The notes below the pieces were generated by a model. It did no database searches. It saw nothing but the letters and a program-made list of their open reading frames with translations, and had not been told where the DNA came from. Shown here piece by piece: positions 10,587 through 20,714 of a stretch of 64,000 nucleotides of DNA. The stretch's first letter is position 1. Every line of letters begins with the position of its first letter. Position numbers and translations under genes: made by a program. This DNA comes from Bythopirellula sp. (GTDB lineage Bacteria > Planctomycetota > Planctomycetia > Pirellulales > Lacipirellulaceae): NCBI GenBank assembly GCA_965216565.1, contig OZ244170.1, positions 1,600,001 through 1,664,000 on the forward strand, in the 5' to 3' direction.

Positions 10587-11598
10587 AATTCGCCTTCTCT
10601 TGCGTCCACACTCTCGGACGCACCACATCTTTCACCAGCCCCAGCTTTTCGAAGAGCCGAATCGTGAGCCACGTCAGATCGAATTCCCACCATTTGTGGC
10701 CGTGGGCGGCGGCGCGTTGATCGGCATGGTGGTTGTTGTGCCAGCCTTCGCCGTTGCTCCAGAGGCCCACCAAGATGTTATTGCGGCTGCTGTCGCTGGT
10801 TTCGTAATTGCGATAACCCCAGACGTGCGTCACAGAGTTCACACTCCAGGTAATATGCCAAGTTAGCACCGTGCGGACGAATACCCCCCAAACCACCAGG
10901 CTCAGACCAAATTGCACGGGTGGAAATCCGCCAATCAGCCCGGCGATTACACCAGCGGCAAAGTAAACGATCATGCTTGCCAAATAGACCCACACCCAGT
11001 TTCGATTGCGCTCAAGCTTCATATAGAAAGGATCGCGGAGGATGTCGCGGACGTAGCGCTGATAGTAGTTGACGTTTAAGAAGTCTCGGTTCTCCACCAT
11101 CAACCAACCGCAATGGCCCCAAAAGAAACTCACCAGCGGGCTATGGGGGTCGGGTTGTTCGTCGGAATGTTTGTGATGGATCCGGTGCATGGCCACCCAA
11201 CAAGCGGGCGTATCTTGCATGGTGCAAACACCCAGGATCGCGAGGCTATGTTCTAGCCACTTCGGCGCGACAAGGCCTTGATGGGTTAGCATCCGGTGAT
11301 AGCACAGGTTGACCCCCAACGTGCCAAACACATACAGTCCTAGCACAGCGAGTACGACACCCGTCCAACTGAAGAAATACGGAAAGAACGCCAAGCACGC
11401 CAGCACATGGATCCCTGGAATGGCGATGATGTACCGCCAACGAATTAACGTCGGATCGATCGTGGTTGCAGGCCAAGGAAGACGTTTCTTGGCTGGCTCG
11501 GCCACAGGGGCATCGTCATTATGGGAAGTAATATATTCGCTGTCGGCATGCGGCTCGACTTGAACTTCTGAGTCAGTAGGTTTGAGATCGGTCGCCAT
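10585..11598 (-). CDS. Delta-9-type membrane fatty acid desaturase
   Basis: His boxes HRMLTH, HRIHH, HNNHH; DPHSP; NSVTH. Confidence 0.92.
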   Translation of the reverse strand: MATDLKPTDSEVQVEPHADSEYITSHNDDAPVAEPAKKRLPWPATTIDPTLIRWRYIIAIPGIHVLACLAFFPYFFSWTGVVLAVLGLYVFGTLGVNLCYHRMLTHQGLVAPKWLEHSLAILGVCTMQDTPACWVAMHRIHHKHSDEQPDPHSPLVSFFWGHCGWLMVENRDFLNVNYYQRYVRDILRDPFYMKLERNRNWVWVYLASMIVYFAAGVIAGLIGGFPPVQFGLSLVVWGVFVRTVLTWHITWSVNSVTHVWGYRNYETSDSSRNNILVGLWSNGEGWHNNHHADQRAAAHGHKWWEFDLTWLTIRLFEKLGLVKDVVRPRVWTQEKAN

Positions 11599-11650
11599 GA
11601 TTTTCGGAGTGGTTCGTTGAGCAAGGCCGGCGCGGCGGCGTGATTAAACA

Positions 11651-12289
11651 TTATAGATGTCTGGCATGAGGTTCCAAAGTGCGAAATCTGGTCTCTTCGG
11701 GCGGATTTAGACGCAAATTGACAACTCGAAGCTGAGGAATTCCTGCGACAAACTGGCCCAAACCCTGATCAACCAGCCCGCTGGCTGTCAGCTCGGGAAG
11801 AATGTTTTCTCCGAATCGATCGGGCGTACATGACTTTAGCAGAACTAGTTCCGACGCCCCCAGACAAGTGGCTAGCCGAGCGGCGATCGAGTCGCTCGTC
11901 ACCTCCCAATTCGCTGGCAAGGCTCGACCGGGCAAATCGGGTTCACTTTCCCGCAGCCACTTAGACACATCGAAAAACGTGGCTCCGGGGGATTTCAGCC
12001 GATCTGTGAGACAACCTTCTTCCTTCGTCAGCGGTATACGTGGGAACCGAGATTGGAAAAGTCGGATTGTGGCCGACATCAAATCGACACAAACCCAGTG
12101 GGCCATTTTCTCGTCCAAAGGCCGCTGAGCATTCCAGCGCCGCACCTCCTCGACCAGGCTGCCTCCCCCGGTGATCAATACGTGGTGAGCAGGCGTCTGT
12201 ATATCGAGCCAACTCTTCAGTCGTGCATCTAAGTCTGGTAAATCGAGCAGACTGCCGCCTATCTTCACAACTCGCACGAGGCTACCCAT
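11651..12289 (-). CDS. Amino-acid-kinase family protein, MfnE-like (methanofuran/methylofuran synthesis)
   Basis: VVKIGGSL, GGG, AHW and WEVTSDSIAA motifs; overlaps the upstream MfnF-like gene. Confidence 0.75.
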   Translation of the reverse strand: MGSLVRVVKIGGSLLDLPDLDARLKSWLDIQTPAHHVLITGGGSLVEEVRRWNAQRPLDEKMAHWVCVDLMSATIRLFQSRFPRIPLTKEEGCLTDRLKSPGATFFDVSKWLRESEPDLPGRALPANWEVTSDSIAARLATCLGASELVLLKSCTPDRFGENILPELTASGLVDQGLGQFVAGIPQLRVVNLRLNPPEETRFRTLEPHARHL

Positions 12290-13301
12290 GATCGGTTATC
12301 CTCTCTCGTGCCAGCACCGCCAATGCGTGTGCCGGTCCGCATCGACTTAACGCGGGACCAAGCTCTTGGTCTAGAGAAACCAACTTGGCATCGAATCCCA
12401 ATCGATTCAAAAGACATCGCGATAGAAATTCACCATGACCACTAAGCACAATAGTCTGCGGCTGCCTATCCATACGCTCCACAACCTTGCGGAAACCGCT
12501 TTCCAATAACGATAGCTGCGCGTCCTGAATTTCCTCCGCCACGCGATTGGCATCTTCGCTGTCGAATATCGTCGTATCGGCACATACCATCCTTGCTAGC
12601 CGTGCATGGGAATTGGCCTGGGTCAGCGGCCGGCCATCGGCGGTGTCTGTACTGTTTGAATCTTCAGCAAGCTTTCCCAGTACCACGTAAGCATCCGCAG
12701 CCGTCGCGAACAGTTCCTGCGCCACGCCACAACGCTCGCCACGCCATGGCAACGATTTCACTAGAGCACACACGGGGCTCCGTTCTATGCCCGTGTAAAC
12801 TAACTCACCCGTCGCCAGTCGCTCAGGGTCTGTGATGCCCACTGCGGTCGCACCATTGGTGCCAAAGGGAATAAAATCTGCCGTCGTCGATCCAATGTCG
12901 ATCAACATTGCCGGCATTGTGTTGCTATAGCGAGCGACAAAGCTGCCCAACACGTGCCAATTACTAGCGCTGGCGAGTAAATAGTTCTCACGCGCTTGTT
13001 TCGGGCTGCAGAAATCTCCGTTGCAAAGATAAACGTGAATCTCGCGCCCTGCGGCCACAACATCCACGGCAGACAGAATTCTATCGATTCCTTCCGCCTT
13101 GGTCTGAAAGCAGTCGGCCAGTTCGCCGGTGATCGTCACAGCCAGACAATCTGCCTCAGGCGACTCGCGCATCAAATCTCGGATGCCATCGGCAATCGAT
13201 TCAGGACGCTTCCACAGAGGAAAGCGATGAGACCTGGCAAATCCCAGCCCATCGGCAGCCTTGAGATTCGCACCGCCAATATCTAATGCCAACAGGCTCA
13301 T
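12282..13301 (-). CDS. Hydantoinase/oxoprolinase-family C1-transfer protein, MfnF-like
   Basis: LDIGGANLK, TGELADCF, ASNW, DIGSTTAD, ELVYTG and RLARMVCAD motifs. Confidence 0.8.
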   Translation of the reverse strand: MSLLALDIGGANLKAADGLGFARSHRFPLWKRPESIADGIRDLMRESPEADCLAVTITGELADCFQTKAEGIDRILSAVDVVAAGREIHVYLCNGDFCSPKQARENYLLASASNWHVLGSFVARYSNTMPAMLIDIGSTTADFIPFGTNGATAVGITDPERLATGELVYTGIERSPVCALVKSLPWRGERCGVAQELFATAADAYVVLGKLAEDSNSTDTADGRPLTQANSHARLARMVCADTTIFDSEDANRVAEEIQDAQLSLLESGFRKVVERMDRQPQTIVLSGHGEFLSRCLLNRLGFDAKLVSLDQELGPALSRCGPAHALAVLARERITDHG

Positions 13302-13304
13302 GGA

Positions 13305-14330
13305 TTATCGATCGCCAAGTTTTGTAACGGTCCCATCCGAGAGAAACTCGAATGCGTCTTCATTGAAATCAATGGCGGCAGACTCGCCAATTGCAACATC
13401 GACCAAGGTCTTGGCCAGATTGTCCTGCGTCATCGCTCTCAATCCCACATACGAAGTTGTCAAACGTGGATTCACCTCGATCACCACATCTTCGCTCCCA
13501 TCGGCCTCTCTTCCTACGATAACATCGATCCCCACATATCCTCGCGCCGGCGGCAATGCTGCCAGGCATTGTTCCGCGAGATTCGTAGCCCGGTCGGCTA
13601 ACTCGCGCTGCATCAGCCGCGAGCCTCCCAAATAATGAAAGCGCCCATTGTCTGAGAGATTCTGCATGCAAACCGGCAAAGCAATCTTATGCGACGGACC
13701 ACAGAGAAAGGAAACGCTCGCGGCCATGCCAGGATAGTACCGCTCCAATCGACGGGACCAGGCGTAGGGTGGGGGTTCATCGCTCGATTTGGAGACCAGC
13801 AGTGTATCCTGAGAACCTGCGCCATCCACCGGCTTCAGTACAGCGGGATAACTAAAATCGGCGGGCAGCTTCTCCTCATCTGGTTCCAAGAGAGTCGCTT
13901 CCGGCACAGGCACTCCGCACTCTGCAAGGCGCGTGGCGGTCTGATGCTTATCGGTCGTCAAAGAGACAAAATCTAGGTCGCAACCAAGCAGTTCGTTGCC
14001 ATGGTGAGAAACCAGTTGGTGAAGCCCACCTAGAATGCCATCAAATTCTGGAGCAATCACTAGCGTGTAATCTGCTCGCTCCGCTTGGTTGAGAAATTCT
14101 TCCTCGTGATCGGAGCGCGACTGCACTTCGTGAACCTCGCAGCCGGGCAGCGACAGCGAATCTAGCCGCATATCTTTCAGTATGCTGACGTGCGAATCGG
14201 GGATCGCTGCAAGATCTTTGGCCAGAGCCGTCACCATGGCCGAGCCTTCCACCAGCAACGACTTCGGCAACTGCCCCCACTCTTCGACTAACCCGCCACC
14301 CGTGACCCATTCATAGAGAAAAAAATGCAT
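13305..14330 (-). CDS. ATP-grasp ligase, MfnD (tyramine-glutamate ligase)-like
   Basis: YEWVTGGG, EGSAM, IAPE, KPVDGAGS, GYVGID and IEVNPRLTTSY motifs; start taken at MHFFLYE. Confidence 0.78.
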   Translation of the reverse strand: MHFFLYEWVTGGGLVEEWGQLPKSLLVEGSAMVTALAKDLAAIPDSHVSILKDMRLDSLSLPGCEVHEVQSRSDHEEEFLNQAERADYTLVIAPEFDGILGGLHQLVSHHGNELLGCDLDFVSLTTDKHQTATRLAECGVPVPEATLLEPDEEKLPADFSYPAVLKPVDGAGSQDTLLVSKSSDEPPPYAWSRRLERYYPGMAASVSFLCGPSHKIALPVCMQNLSDNGRFHYLGGSRLMQRELADRATNLAEQCLAALPPARGYVGIDVIVGREADGSEDVVIEVNPRLTTSYVGLRAMTQDNLAKTLVDVAIGESAAIDFNEDAFEFLSDGTVTKLGDR

Positions 14331-14354
14331 GGCTAGAAGCAATTTCAAAGTCAA

Positions 14355-14433
14355 TGAGCCGAACGCGCTAGCGTCGGGTAGCAGCAAGACAACACCAAAA
14401 CTGACGCTACCCGCGGCAAGCGCCGTCGGCTCA
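14355..14433. repeat. REP-like inverted repeat (TGAGCCGA...TCGGCTCA)
   Basis: 28-nt arms 14355-14382 and 14406-14433, about 23/28 complementary. Confidence 0.7.
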
Positions 14434-14459
14434 CGACTGATGTGCCCTGATTTTCAACG

Positions 14460-14529
14460 ATGCTCTCGACCCTGGTCTCTCGACTCTGAGCTCTCTGCTC
14501 TTAGCTCCTAGCTCTTTGCTCTTAGCCCT
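14460..14529. repeat. Degenerate heptamer tandem repeat, 10 units of about NNGCTCT
   Basis: atgctct cgaccct ggtctct cgactct gagctct ctgctct tagctcc tagctct ttgctct tagccct. Confidence 0.8.
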
Positions 14530-14532
14530 AAG

Positions 14533-14850
14533 CTAGAAAATCCCCAATTGATCGCGGGCATCTTCGGTCATCCGATCGGGAGTCCAAGGCGGCTCCATCA
14601 CCAGTTTCACATCGACTTCGTTGACTTCCTCGAGTCGGCCAACAAAGTCCTTCGACTGACCCAGCAATTGCGGGCCGGCGGGACAGGCGGGACTCGTCAT
14701 GGTCATCTCGACCTCAACGTCCGACTTCCCGGCGTCGTTTTCGGCGATTTTGATCTCGTAGATTAGCCCCAGATCAACGATGTTGACGAATAATTCGGGG
14801 TCGATCACTTGCTTCAAAGCTTCGCGAACTTTGTCTTCTGCAATCGGCAT
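14533..14850 (-). CDS. sufT: DUF59 metal-sulfur cluster assembly factor (SufT-like)
   Basis: DPEL..NIVDLGLIY, TMTSPACP, PPWTPDRM. Confidence 0.88.
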   Translation of the reverse strand: MPIAEDKVREALKQVIDPELFVNIVDLGLIYEIKIAENDAGKSDVEVEMTMTSPACPAGPQLLGQSKDFVGRLEEVNEVDVKLVMEPPWTPDRMTEDARDQLGIF

Positions 14851-14882
14851 GATGAGTTGCTCCACAGTCGGACAGAAAGCTA

Positions 14883-15203
14883 TTAGGAATTTAGCCGTAC
14901 AAGCACTTGGTCACCATCCACCTTCACCTCGTGGCTGACCGTGGCCTTGGTGGCGGGCATCGTCATCGCGGCACCCGACTCGAGATTGAACTTGGCTCCA
15001 TGACGGGGGCAGGCAATCGACTTGTCCTCAGGATCGATGGGACCATCGCTTAGTGGACCGCCATCGTGTGTGCAGACATCGTCCAGGGCGTACCAATGGT
15101 CGGCGGCATGCACTAGCACGACTAGCCGTTCGTCGACTTCGACCAGCATCGAGCCAGGATCAGCCACTTCATCCGTTTTCGCCACACTCACAAATTCTGC
15201 CAC
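14883..15203 (-). CDS. Rieske 2Fe-2S ferredoxin
   Basis: CTH...CPRHGAKF motif; GTG start. Confidence 0.92.
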   Translation of the reverse strand: MAEFVSVAKTDEVADPGSMLVEVDERLVVLVHAADHWYALDDVCTHDGGPLSDGPIDPEDKSIACPRHGAKFNLESGAAMTMPATKATVSHEVKVDGDQVLVRLNS

Positions 15204-15229
15204 TGACGAGCCTTTATTCTTTTCTGAGT

Positions 15230-16543
15230 TTACTCTTCGATATCGCGGACACGACGACCAATCGCTTCGCCCAGGGCATCGCGTACGCTTTCGATGGTGA
15301 TGCGGTCAAATACCTGCTGGAAGAATCCTGTGACAATCATTCGGACTGCCTCTTGGCGAGTGTAACCGCGTGTCATGCTGTAGAACAGTTGCTCATCGTC
15401 TACGCGACCGGAAGTACTGCCGTGCGTGCAACGCACATCGTCGGCTTCGATTTCCAATCCTGGAATCGAGTCCGCCCGGGCCGTCGTAGCAAGCATGAGG
15501 TTGTCGTTTCGCTGATAGGCGTCAGTGCGTTGAGCGCCTTCGTCGACTTTGATCATCCCTCGCCACACGCTTCGCGAATCGTCTTGTAACGCCGTTTTGT
15601 AGAGCAAATCGCTGTGGCAGTAAGGCGCCTTGTGATGCTGGTGCGTGTTGTACGACAGATGCTGCCGACCTTGGGCAAACATGGCCCCATTAACCTGGGC
15701 TTGTGCGTCCTTGCCTGTGAGGGCGACATGCTGGTTCACCTTCGCCAATCGGCTGCCGAGGGCCCCAATGGTCCACTGCAAACTGGCTTGCTCAGCGACA
15801 TGCGCCATTTGATGAGCAAAGTGCCACACCTTGTCCGACCAGTTTTGCAGGTTCACATACCTTAGGTGAGCATTGGCTCCAACGATCAACTCGATTGTTC
15901 CGCAATGTAGGCCTTTGGCCTGTTCGTTGGTGCTGACTGTCTCGGCAAGCAAGGTTGCTTCGGCGCCTTCTTCAAGAATCACAAGTGTACGATTCAGATC
16001 CGTGGCCCCATCACTCAGAACAGACAGCCCGTGAAGTGGCTCGTCGATGACCACACCCTTTGGCACATATAGGAGCGACCCACCACTCCAAACCGCGGCG
16101 TTCAACGCTGCGAATTTATCTTTGTTCGGATCAACCAACTGCTTTTCGAAGCTGGGACGAAGTTTCTCAGAGTGCTCCGCCAAGAGTTGACCGAGATTGC
16201 CGAACAAGACTCCCTTGTCGGCCCACTTCTTCTCTAGGGCACAGTCCGTTGAGTGGCTGTCGATGGTGACGCTATGCCCGCCGAGATCGACGCCCTCGCC
16301 TAATAGTGCCGCTGGTGCCGCTACGTCGGGAGTTTCCCCCGCCAACCCAAAGTCGTTGAGCTTAAAGAGACGAATGTCCGTTCGCATCCACTCTTCATCA
16401 CGTACCGAGGGCATGTCTAATGACTGAAATTGTTGCCAGGCATCACGCCGACGCTGCGTTAGCCAGTCTGGTTCGTCTCGGGATGACAGGAACTCGTCAA
16501 ACGCTTCTTGGGAAAATGAAGACTTGGTCAGCGTAGCACTCAT
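15230..16543 (-). CDS. sufD: Fe-S cluster assembly protein SufD
   Basis: EEWMRTD, FAALN, PGLEIEADDVRCTHG, LFYSMTRG. Confidence 0.93.
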   Translation of the reverse strand: MSATLTKSSFSQEAFDEFLSSRDEPDWLTQRRRDAWQQFQSLDMPSVRDEEWMRTDIRLFKLNDFGLAGETPDVAAPAALLGEGVDLGGHSVTIDSHSTDCALEKKWADKGVLFGNLGQLLAEHSEKLRPSFEKQLVDPNKDKFAALNAAVWSGGSLLYVPKGVVIDEPLHGLSVLSDGATDLNRTLVILEEGAEATLLAETVSTNEQAKGLHCGTIELIVGANAHLRYVNLQNWSDKVWHFAHQMAHVAEQASLQWTIGALGSRLAKVNQHVALTGKDAQAQVNGAMFAQGRQHLSYNTHQHHKAPYCHSDLLYKTALQDDSRSVWRGMIKVDEGAQRTDAYQRNDNLMLATTARADSIPGLEIEADDVRCTHGSTSGRVDDEQLFYSMTRGYTRQEAVRMIVTGFFQQVFDRITIESVRDALGEAIGRRVRDIEE

Positions 16544-16626
16544 GAATAACTTCTAGGTTCGAATTATTAGGTTGTCGAGTTTTTCAACTCGTGAGCTAGC
16601 GGGATAAGGCAAGATGCGGACCAGGC

Positions 16627-18033
16627 TCAGCCCACGCTGCCTTCCATTTGAAGTTCGATCAATCGATTCATCTCGACGGCGTACTCCATCGGCAATTCTT
16701 TGATCAGTGGCTCGATGAAACCACTGACAATCATCGAACTCGCCTCCGCCTCGGTAAGACCTCGACTCATTAGGTAGAACAACTGTTCTTCGCCGATCCG
16801 CGAGACGCTCGCCTCGTGCTCGATTTGCACGTCTTGCTCTTCAACTTCAATATAGGGGTAGGTGTCGCTGCGGCTCTCGGGATCGAGAATCAGTGCGTCG
16901 CACACCACATTGCTTTTGCAGTCGGTCGCACCGTCTTCCACTTTGCACAGCCCGCGATAGCTACTACGGCCACCGTTTTTGCTGATGCTCTTGGAAATGA
17001 TCCGGCTCTTCGTATTAGGAGCACAGTGAACGACTTTGGCACCGGCGTCCTGATGCTGCCCCTTCGAGGAGAAAGCGATCGAAAGGATCTCGCCGCGGGC
17101 GCCTGGTTCCATCATGTAGACGGCTGGATACTTCATCGTGAGCTGGCTACCCAGATTGCCGTCGATCCATTCCATCAGGGCGTTCTCGTAAGCCATCGCC
17201 CGTTTGGTCACCAGGTTGTAAATATTATTGGCCCAGTTCTGGATGGTCGTGTAACGGCAACGGCCTTCCTTCTTGACCATGATCTCGACCACTGCCGAGT
17301 GCAGGCTTTCGGTCGTGTACATGGGGGCGGTACAACCCTCGACGTAATGCACTTCGGCACCTTCGTCGACGATAATCAGCGTCCGCTCGAACTGCCCCAT
17401 TTGCTCCGCGTTGATGCGGAAGTAGGCCTGTAGCGGGAACTCGATCTTCACACCGGGGGGGACATAGATGAATGAACCACCCGACCAAACCGCCGAGTTG
17501 AGCGCGGCAAACTTGTTGTCCGAAGGCGGAATAATCTTGCCGAAGTATTCGCGGAGTAACTCGGGGTGTTCTTTGATGGCGGTATCCGTATCGGTGAAGA
17601 TAACGCCCTTCTTGCCCAAGTCGTCCTGCAGCGATCCGTAGACGACTTCGCTTTCGAACTGAGCCTTCACACCGGCGAGATACTTTTTCTCTGCTTCGGG
17701 AATTCCTAGCTTGTCGAAGGTGTCTTTGATTTCCTGCGGAACATCGTCCCAAGTCCGGCCTTGTTCGTTCGCCGGCTTCAGGTAGTAGTAGATATCCTGA
17801 AAATCAATGGCGATGTTGCCGCCCCACTTGGGCATCGGCTTCGACTCGAAAATCTCGTAGGACTTCAAACGAAAATCCCGCATCCAGCCGGGCTCGCCTT
17901 TCATCTCTGAAATCTGAGCCACGATCTCGGCATTCAAACCCTTTTCGGCCTTGAATACGTCGTGAGACGGGGTGACAAAGTCGTACTTATTGATTTCGCC
18001 AATAGTGGCGTCTTGTGTAATATCGGTTGCCAT
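16627..18033 (-). CDS. sufB: Fe-S cluster assembly protein SufB
   Basis: [42 protein letters not shown]. Confidence 0.97.
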   Translation of the reverse strand: MATDITQDATIGEINKYDFVTPSHDVFKAEKGLNAEIVAQISEMKGEPGWMRDFRLKSYEIFESKPMPKWGGNIAIDFQDIYYYLKPANEQGRTWDDVPQEIKDTFDKLGIPEAEKKYLAGVKAQFESEVVYGSLQDDLGKKGVIFTDTDTAIKEHPELLREYFGKIIPPSDNKFAALNSAVWSGGSFIYVPPGVKIEFPLQAYFRINAEQMGQFERTLIIVDEGAEVHYVEGCTAPMYTTESLHSAVVEIMVKKEGRCRYTTIQNWANNIYNLVTKRAMAYENALMEWIDGNLGSQLTMKYPAVYMMEPGARGEILSIAFSSKGQHQDAGAKVVHCAPNTKSRIISKSISKNGGRSSYRGLCKVEDGATDCKSNVVCDALILDPESRSDTYPYIEVEEQDVQIEHEASVSRIGEEQLFYLMSRGLTEAEASSMIVSGFIEPLIKELPMEYAVEMNRLIELQMEGSVG

Positions 18034-18049
18034 GTTGTTCTCTGCTTTC

Positions 18050-18862
18050 TTAAACCGTTGCGGTTTCAGTCATCTCTTCTTCAGCGGCAGCGGCCTCGGG
18101 ATAAGCCGCCCGAATGCGATCGTAGCCTTCGGTGTACAGTTCCTTAGCCAATTCCACACCGCCCGACTCGACGATCTTGCCGCCCAGCATCACGTGAGTG
18201 TAATCGGGAGTGTTGTGATCGAGTAATTTGTCATGGTGCGTGATAATGAGGATGCCCATCTGTTCGCCACCAATTTCAGCGATACTCTGGCTAGCCAACT
18301 TCACGGCATCGACGTCGAGACCACTGTCGGTCTCGTCGAGAATGGCAAACTTAGGCCGTAGCATTGCCATTTGCAGAATCTCTGCCCGTTTCATTTCGCC
18401 ACCAGAAAAGCCGTCGTTGACGTACCGGCGAGCAAACTCCACGTCCATCCGTAGCTGCTCCATTTTCTCGGTCAGCTCTTTGCGGAATTGACGCATCGGA
18501 ATGAGCTCTTCACCTTCCTTGCGGTCGGGGTTGCGGACGTTGGTGGTGGCATGGCGGAGGAAGTCGGCCATCTTCACACCCGGAATTGCCATGGGACGTT
18601 GGAAGGCCATGAAGATGCCCGCCCGGGCACGTTCCGTGGCGTCCAGTTCGAGGACGTCCGTCGAGTCCAACTCGATCGACCCGCCAGTCACTTCGTAGCT
18701 GGGATGCCCCATAATGGCGTTGCCCAACGTGCTCTTACCCGAGCCATTAGGGCCCATCAAGGCATGCGTCTCGCCCTGGCGGATGGTGAGGTTCACCCCG
18801 CGCAGAATGGGTTTCGTTTCAACAGAAACTTGCAAATCAGTAATCTTCAGCGTTTCAGACAT
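18050..18862 (-). CDS. sufC: Fe-S cluster assembly ATPase SufC
   Basis: [32 protein letters not shown]. Confidence 0.97.
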   Translation of the reverse strand: MSETLKITDLQVSVETKPILRGVNLTIRQGETHALMGPNGSGKSTLGNAIMGHPSYEVTGGSIELDSTDVLELDATERARAGIFMAFQRPMAIPGVKMADFLRHATTNVRNPDRKEGEELIPMRQFRKELTEKMEQLRMDVEFARRYVNDGFSGGEMKRAEILQMAMLRPKFAILDETDSGLDVDAVKLASQSIAEIGGEQMGILIITHHDKLLDHNTPDYTHVMLGGKIVESGGVELAKELYTEGYDRIRAAYPEAAAAEEEMTETATV

Positions 18863-18964
18863 TTGGGAGGGGATAGGTGTTAGGGGTTAGGGACTAGTTT
18901 ATTTTCGACAATTGGATCAGCCGCGATGCCACAGTTCACTCGCCGAGGCGAGCATCGCAAGGCA

Positions 18965-19585
18965 CTAACCAGTAATCTTTTGGTGATCGTAAACGGGATC
19001 AATGTCGGCGGGAGCCGTTACGTAACCCGAGTGATGCGGCATCGGCAGTTCGTCTTCCACCTTGCGGCCAAGTTGGCCAAAGCCGGCACTTCCCGAATTC
19101 TTGGCTATCTTGTGACCTTTGATCTTGTCTTGAATTCGCATCAAACCTTCCAGCAGCGATTCTGGTCGCGGCGGGCAACCGGGAACATACACGTCCACGG
19201 GCACCACAAGATCGACGCCCTTCACAACGTGATAACCGTACTTGAAGTAAGGTCCACCACCCACGGTGCAGGCACCCATGGCGATCACGAATTTCGGATC
19301 GGGCATTAAATTGTAAAGCCGCCGCACTCGGCTGGCCATTTTGTAGGTCACCGTACCAGCCACAATCATCAGGTCGGCCTGGCGAGGCGTTGCTCGAAAC
19401 GCGCCGGCTCCAAAGCGGTCCAGGTCGTAGCGACTCGCCCCGGCGGCCATCATTTCAATGGCACAACAGGCCAAGCCAAACGTCATGGGCCAAATGCTCG
19501 ACTGACGGGCCCAGTTAATGGCCTGCTCGACCGTCGTCGTGATGACATTCTCCTCAAAACGCCCTTCAATCCATGGCTGAGACAT
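18965..19585 (-). CDS. nuoB: NADH-quinone oxidoreductase subunit B-like Fe-S protein
   Basis: [34 protein letters not shown]; start taken at MSQPWIEG. Confidence 0.92.
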   Translation of the reverse strand: MSQPWIEGRFEENVITTTVEQAINWARQSSIWPMTFGLACCAIEMMAAGASRYDLDRFGAGAFRATPRQADLMIVAGTVTYKMASRVRRLYNLMPDPKFVIAMGACTVGGGPYFKYGYHVVKGVDLVVPVDVYVPGCPPRPESLLEGLMRIQDKIKGHKIAKNSGSAGFGQLGRKVEDELPMPHHSGYVTAPADIDPVYDHQKITG

Positions 19586-19742
19586 CGAATTTCTACCCAC
19601 TCGTTCAGGTTATTGATTCGTTCACCGACCGAAATGTCTACCGCAGTTCGGCCCTACTAATACCGGTACAATCTGCCAAAAGTAACATGACTAGCACGGC
19701 ATGGCTAGTAGCTCGGCACCTCACTACCACAATCGACTTCCG

Positions 19743-20399
19743 TTATGTATTGATGGCCGGCGCCGAACTGGCCACAAAGTTGCAACTAACGGCCCCATCC
19801 AATCGACAACAATCCAAGCGGACCGATTCGCCCAACAGCTCAGAGAACAACATCTTCTCCATCGAGCAAATCGAACGATCCTGCTCAGCCAAATCGGGGT
19901 AAGGGCAGGCATATGCCTTGAGTATTGGTAATTGTTCGGGATCGTCTGCTTGTTCTACCTCAAACGAAATGTCCTGCTCCTGCATCAAGTTTTGCAGGGA
20001 GACAAATCGTTCAGCAATCGAGTCACCGCTAATTTGTTCTCTGTAAATATGACCCATCCGCTCGACAACGCGACGCAGCAAACCATGTTTGACATCGGGG
20101 TTATCAATTGCCCTCAACTCGGCCCAGAGGACCGAAGCCAGATCGCGGTAGTTATCTCCAGCGCTTCGTACGCCAGCGGAAGTCAGCGAGTAACGATGCG
20201 TAGGACGACCTCGACCGGCAGATTCCGCCTGCCGGACGATTAATCCCTGATCCATCAGCCGACTCAACCGCTGCCGAATCGCCGTAGCGGTGACCCCGGT
20301 GAAATCGACCAGTTCTTGAATCGAGCTATCGCCTGCTCGGCGAATAAACTCGACCAAGGTACGGTCAGAAATCGCTATGTTTTCTGGCTTTTCAGACAT
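19743..20399 (-). CDS. SufR-like Fe-S-sensing HTH regulator
   Basis: wHTH (GVTATAIRQRL, GRGRP..Y.LT) with C-terminal CPY..C..CC..C; first gene of the suf operon. Confidence 0.8.
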   Translation of the reverse strand: MSEKPENIAISDRTLVEFIRRAGDSSIQELVDFTGVTATAIRQRLSRLMDQGLIVRQAESAGRGRPTHRYSLTSAGVRSAGDNYRDLASVLWAELRAIDNPDVKHGLLRRVVERMGHIYREQISGDSIAERFVSLQNLMQEQDISFEVEQADDPEQLPILKAYACPYPDLAEQDRSICSMEKMLFSELLGESVRLDCCRLDGAVSCNFVASSAPAINT

Positions 20400-20714
20400 T
20401 CTTATCGCCGAATTGAGCACTCTACGGTAGGTTTTCGGTCACCTAACAACTGATATCATAACGACTTCCCTATTATTGACAATGATTAATGCGAAAATAT
20501 CAGTCTGGTGGTTCGAACGACGTAAACTGTTGATTCAAAAAAGGTTATCAGATAAAAGATCGCACTGGAGACAAGACTCCCAGCACTTCCACCCAAAATT
20601 GGTAGCAAGAGCCTTCCAAGTGCGCTTAACTACTGGAGAGGGGAAGGGGATGCCCCTCGATAGGGGTGCTCAGCGGATTCTGCTACTCCAACCACCCAAC
20701 CAGGAGCTGAAGAC

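Noticed and set aside
16816..17433. Long antisense ORFs (e.g. opposite sufB, also 38682-39335 and 23502-24056)
   Set aside because: Shadow frames of well-supported genes with no motifs of their own
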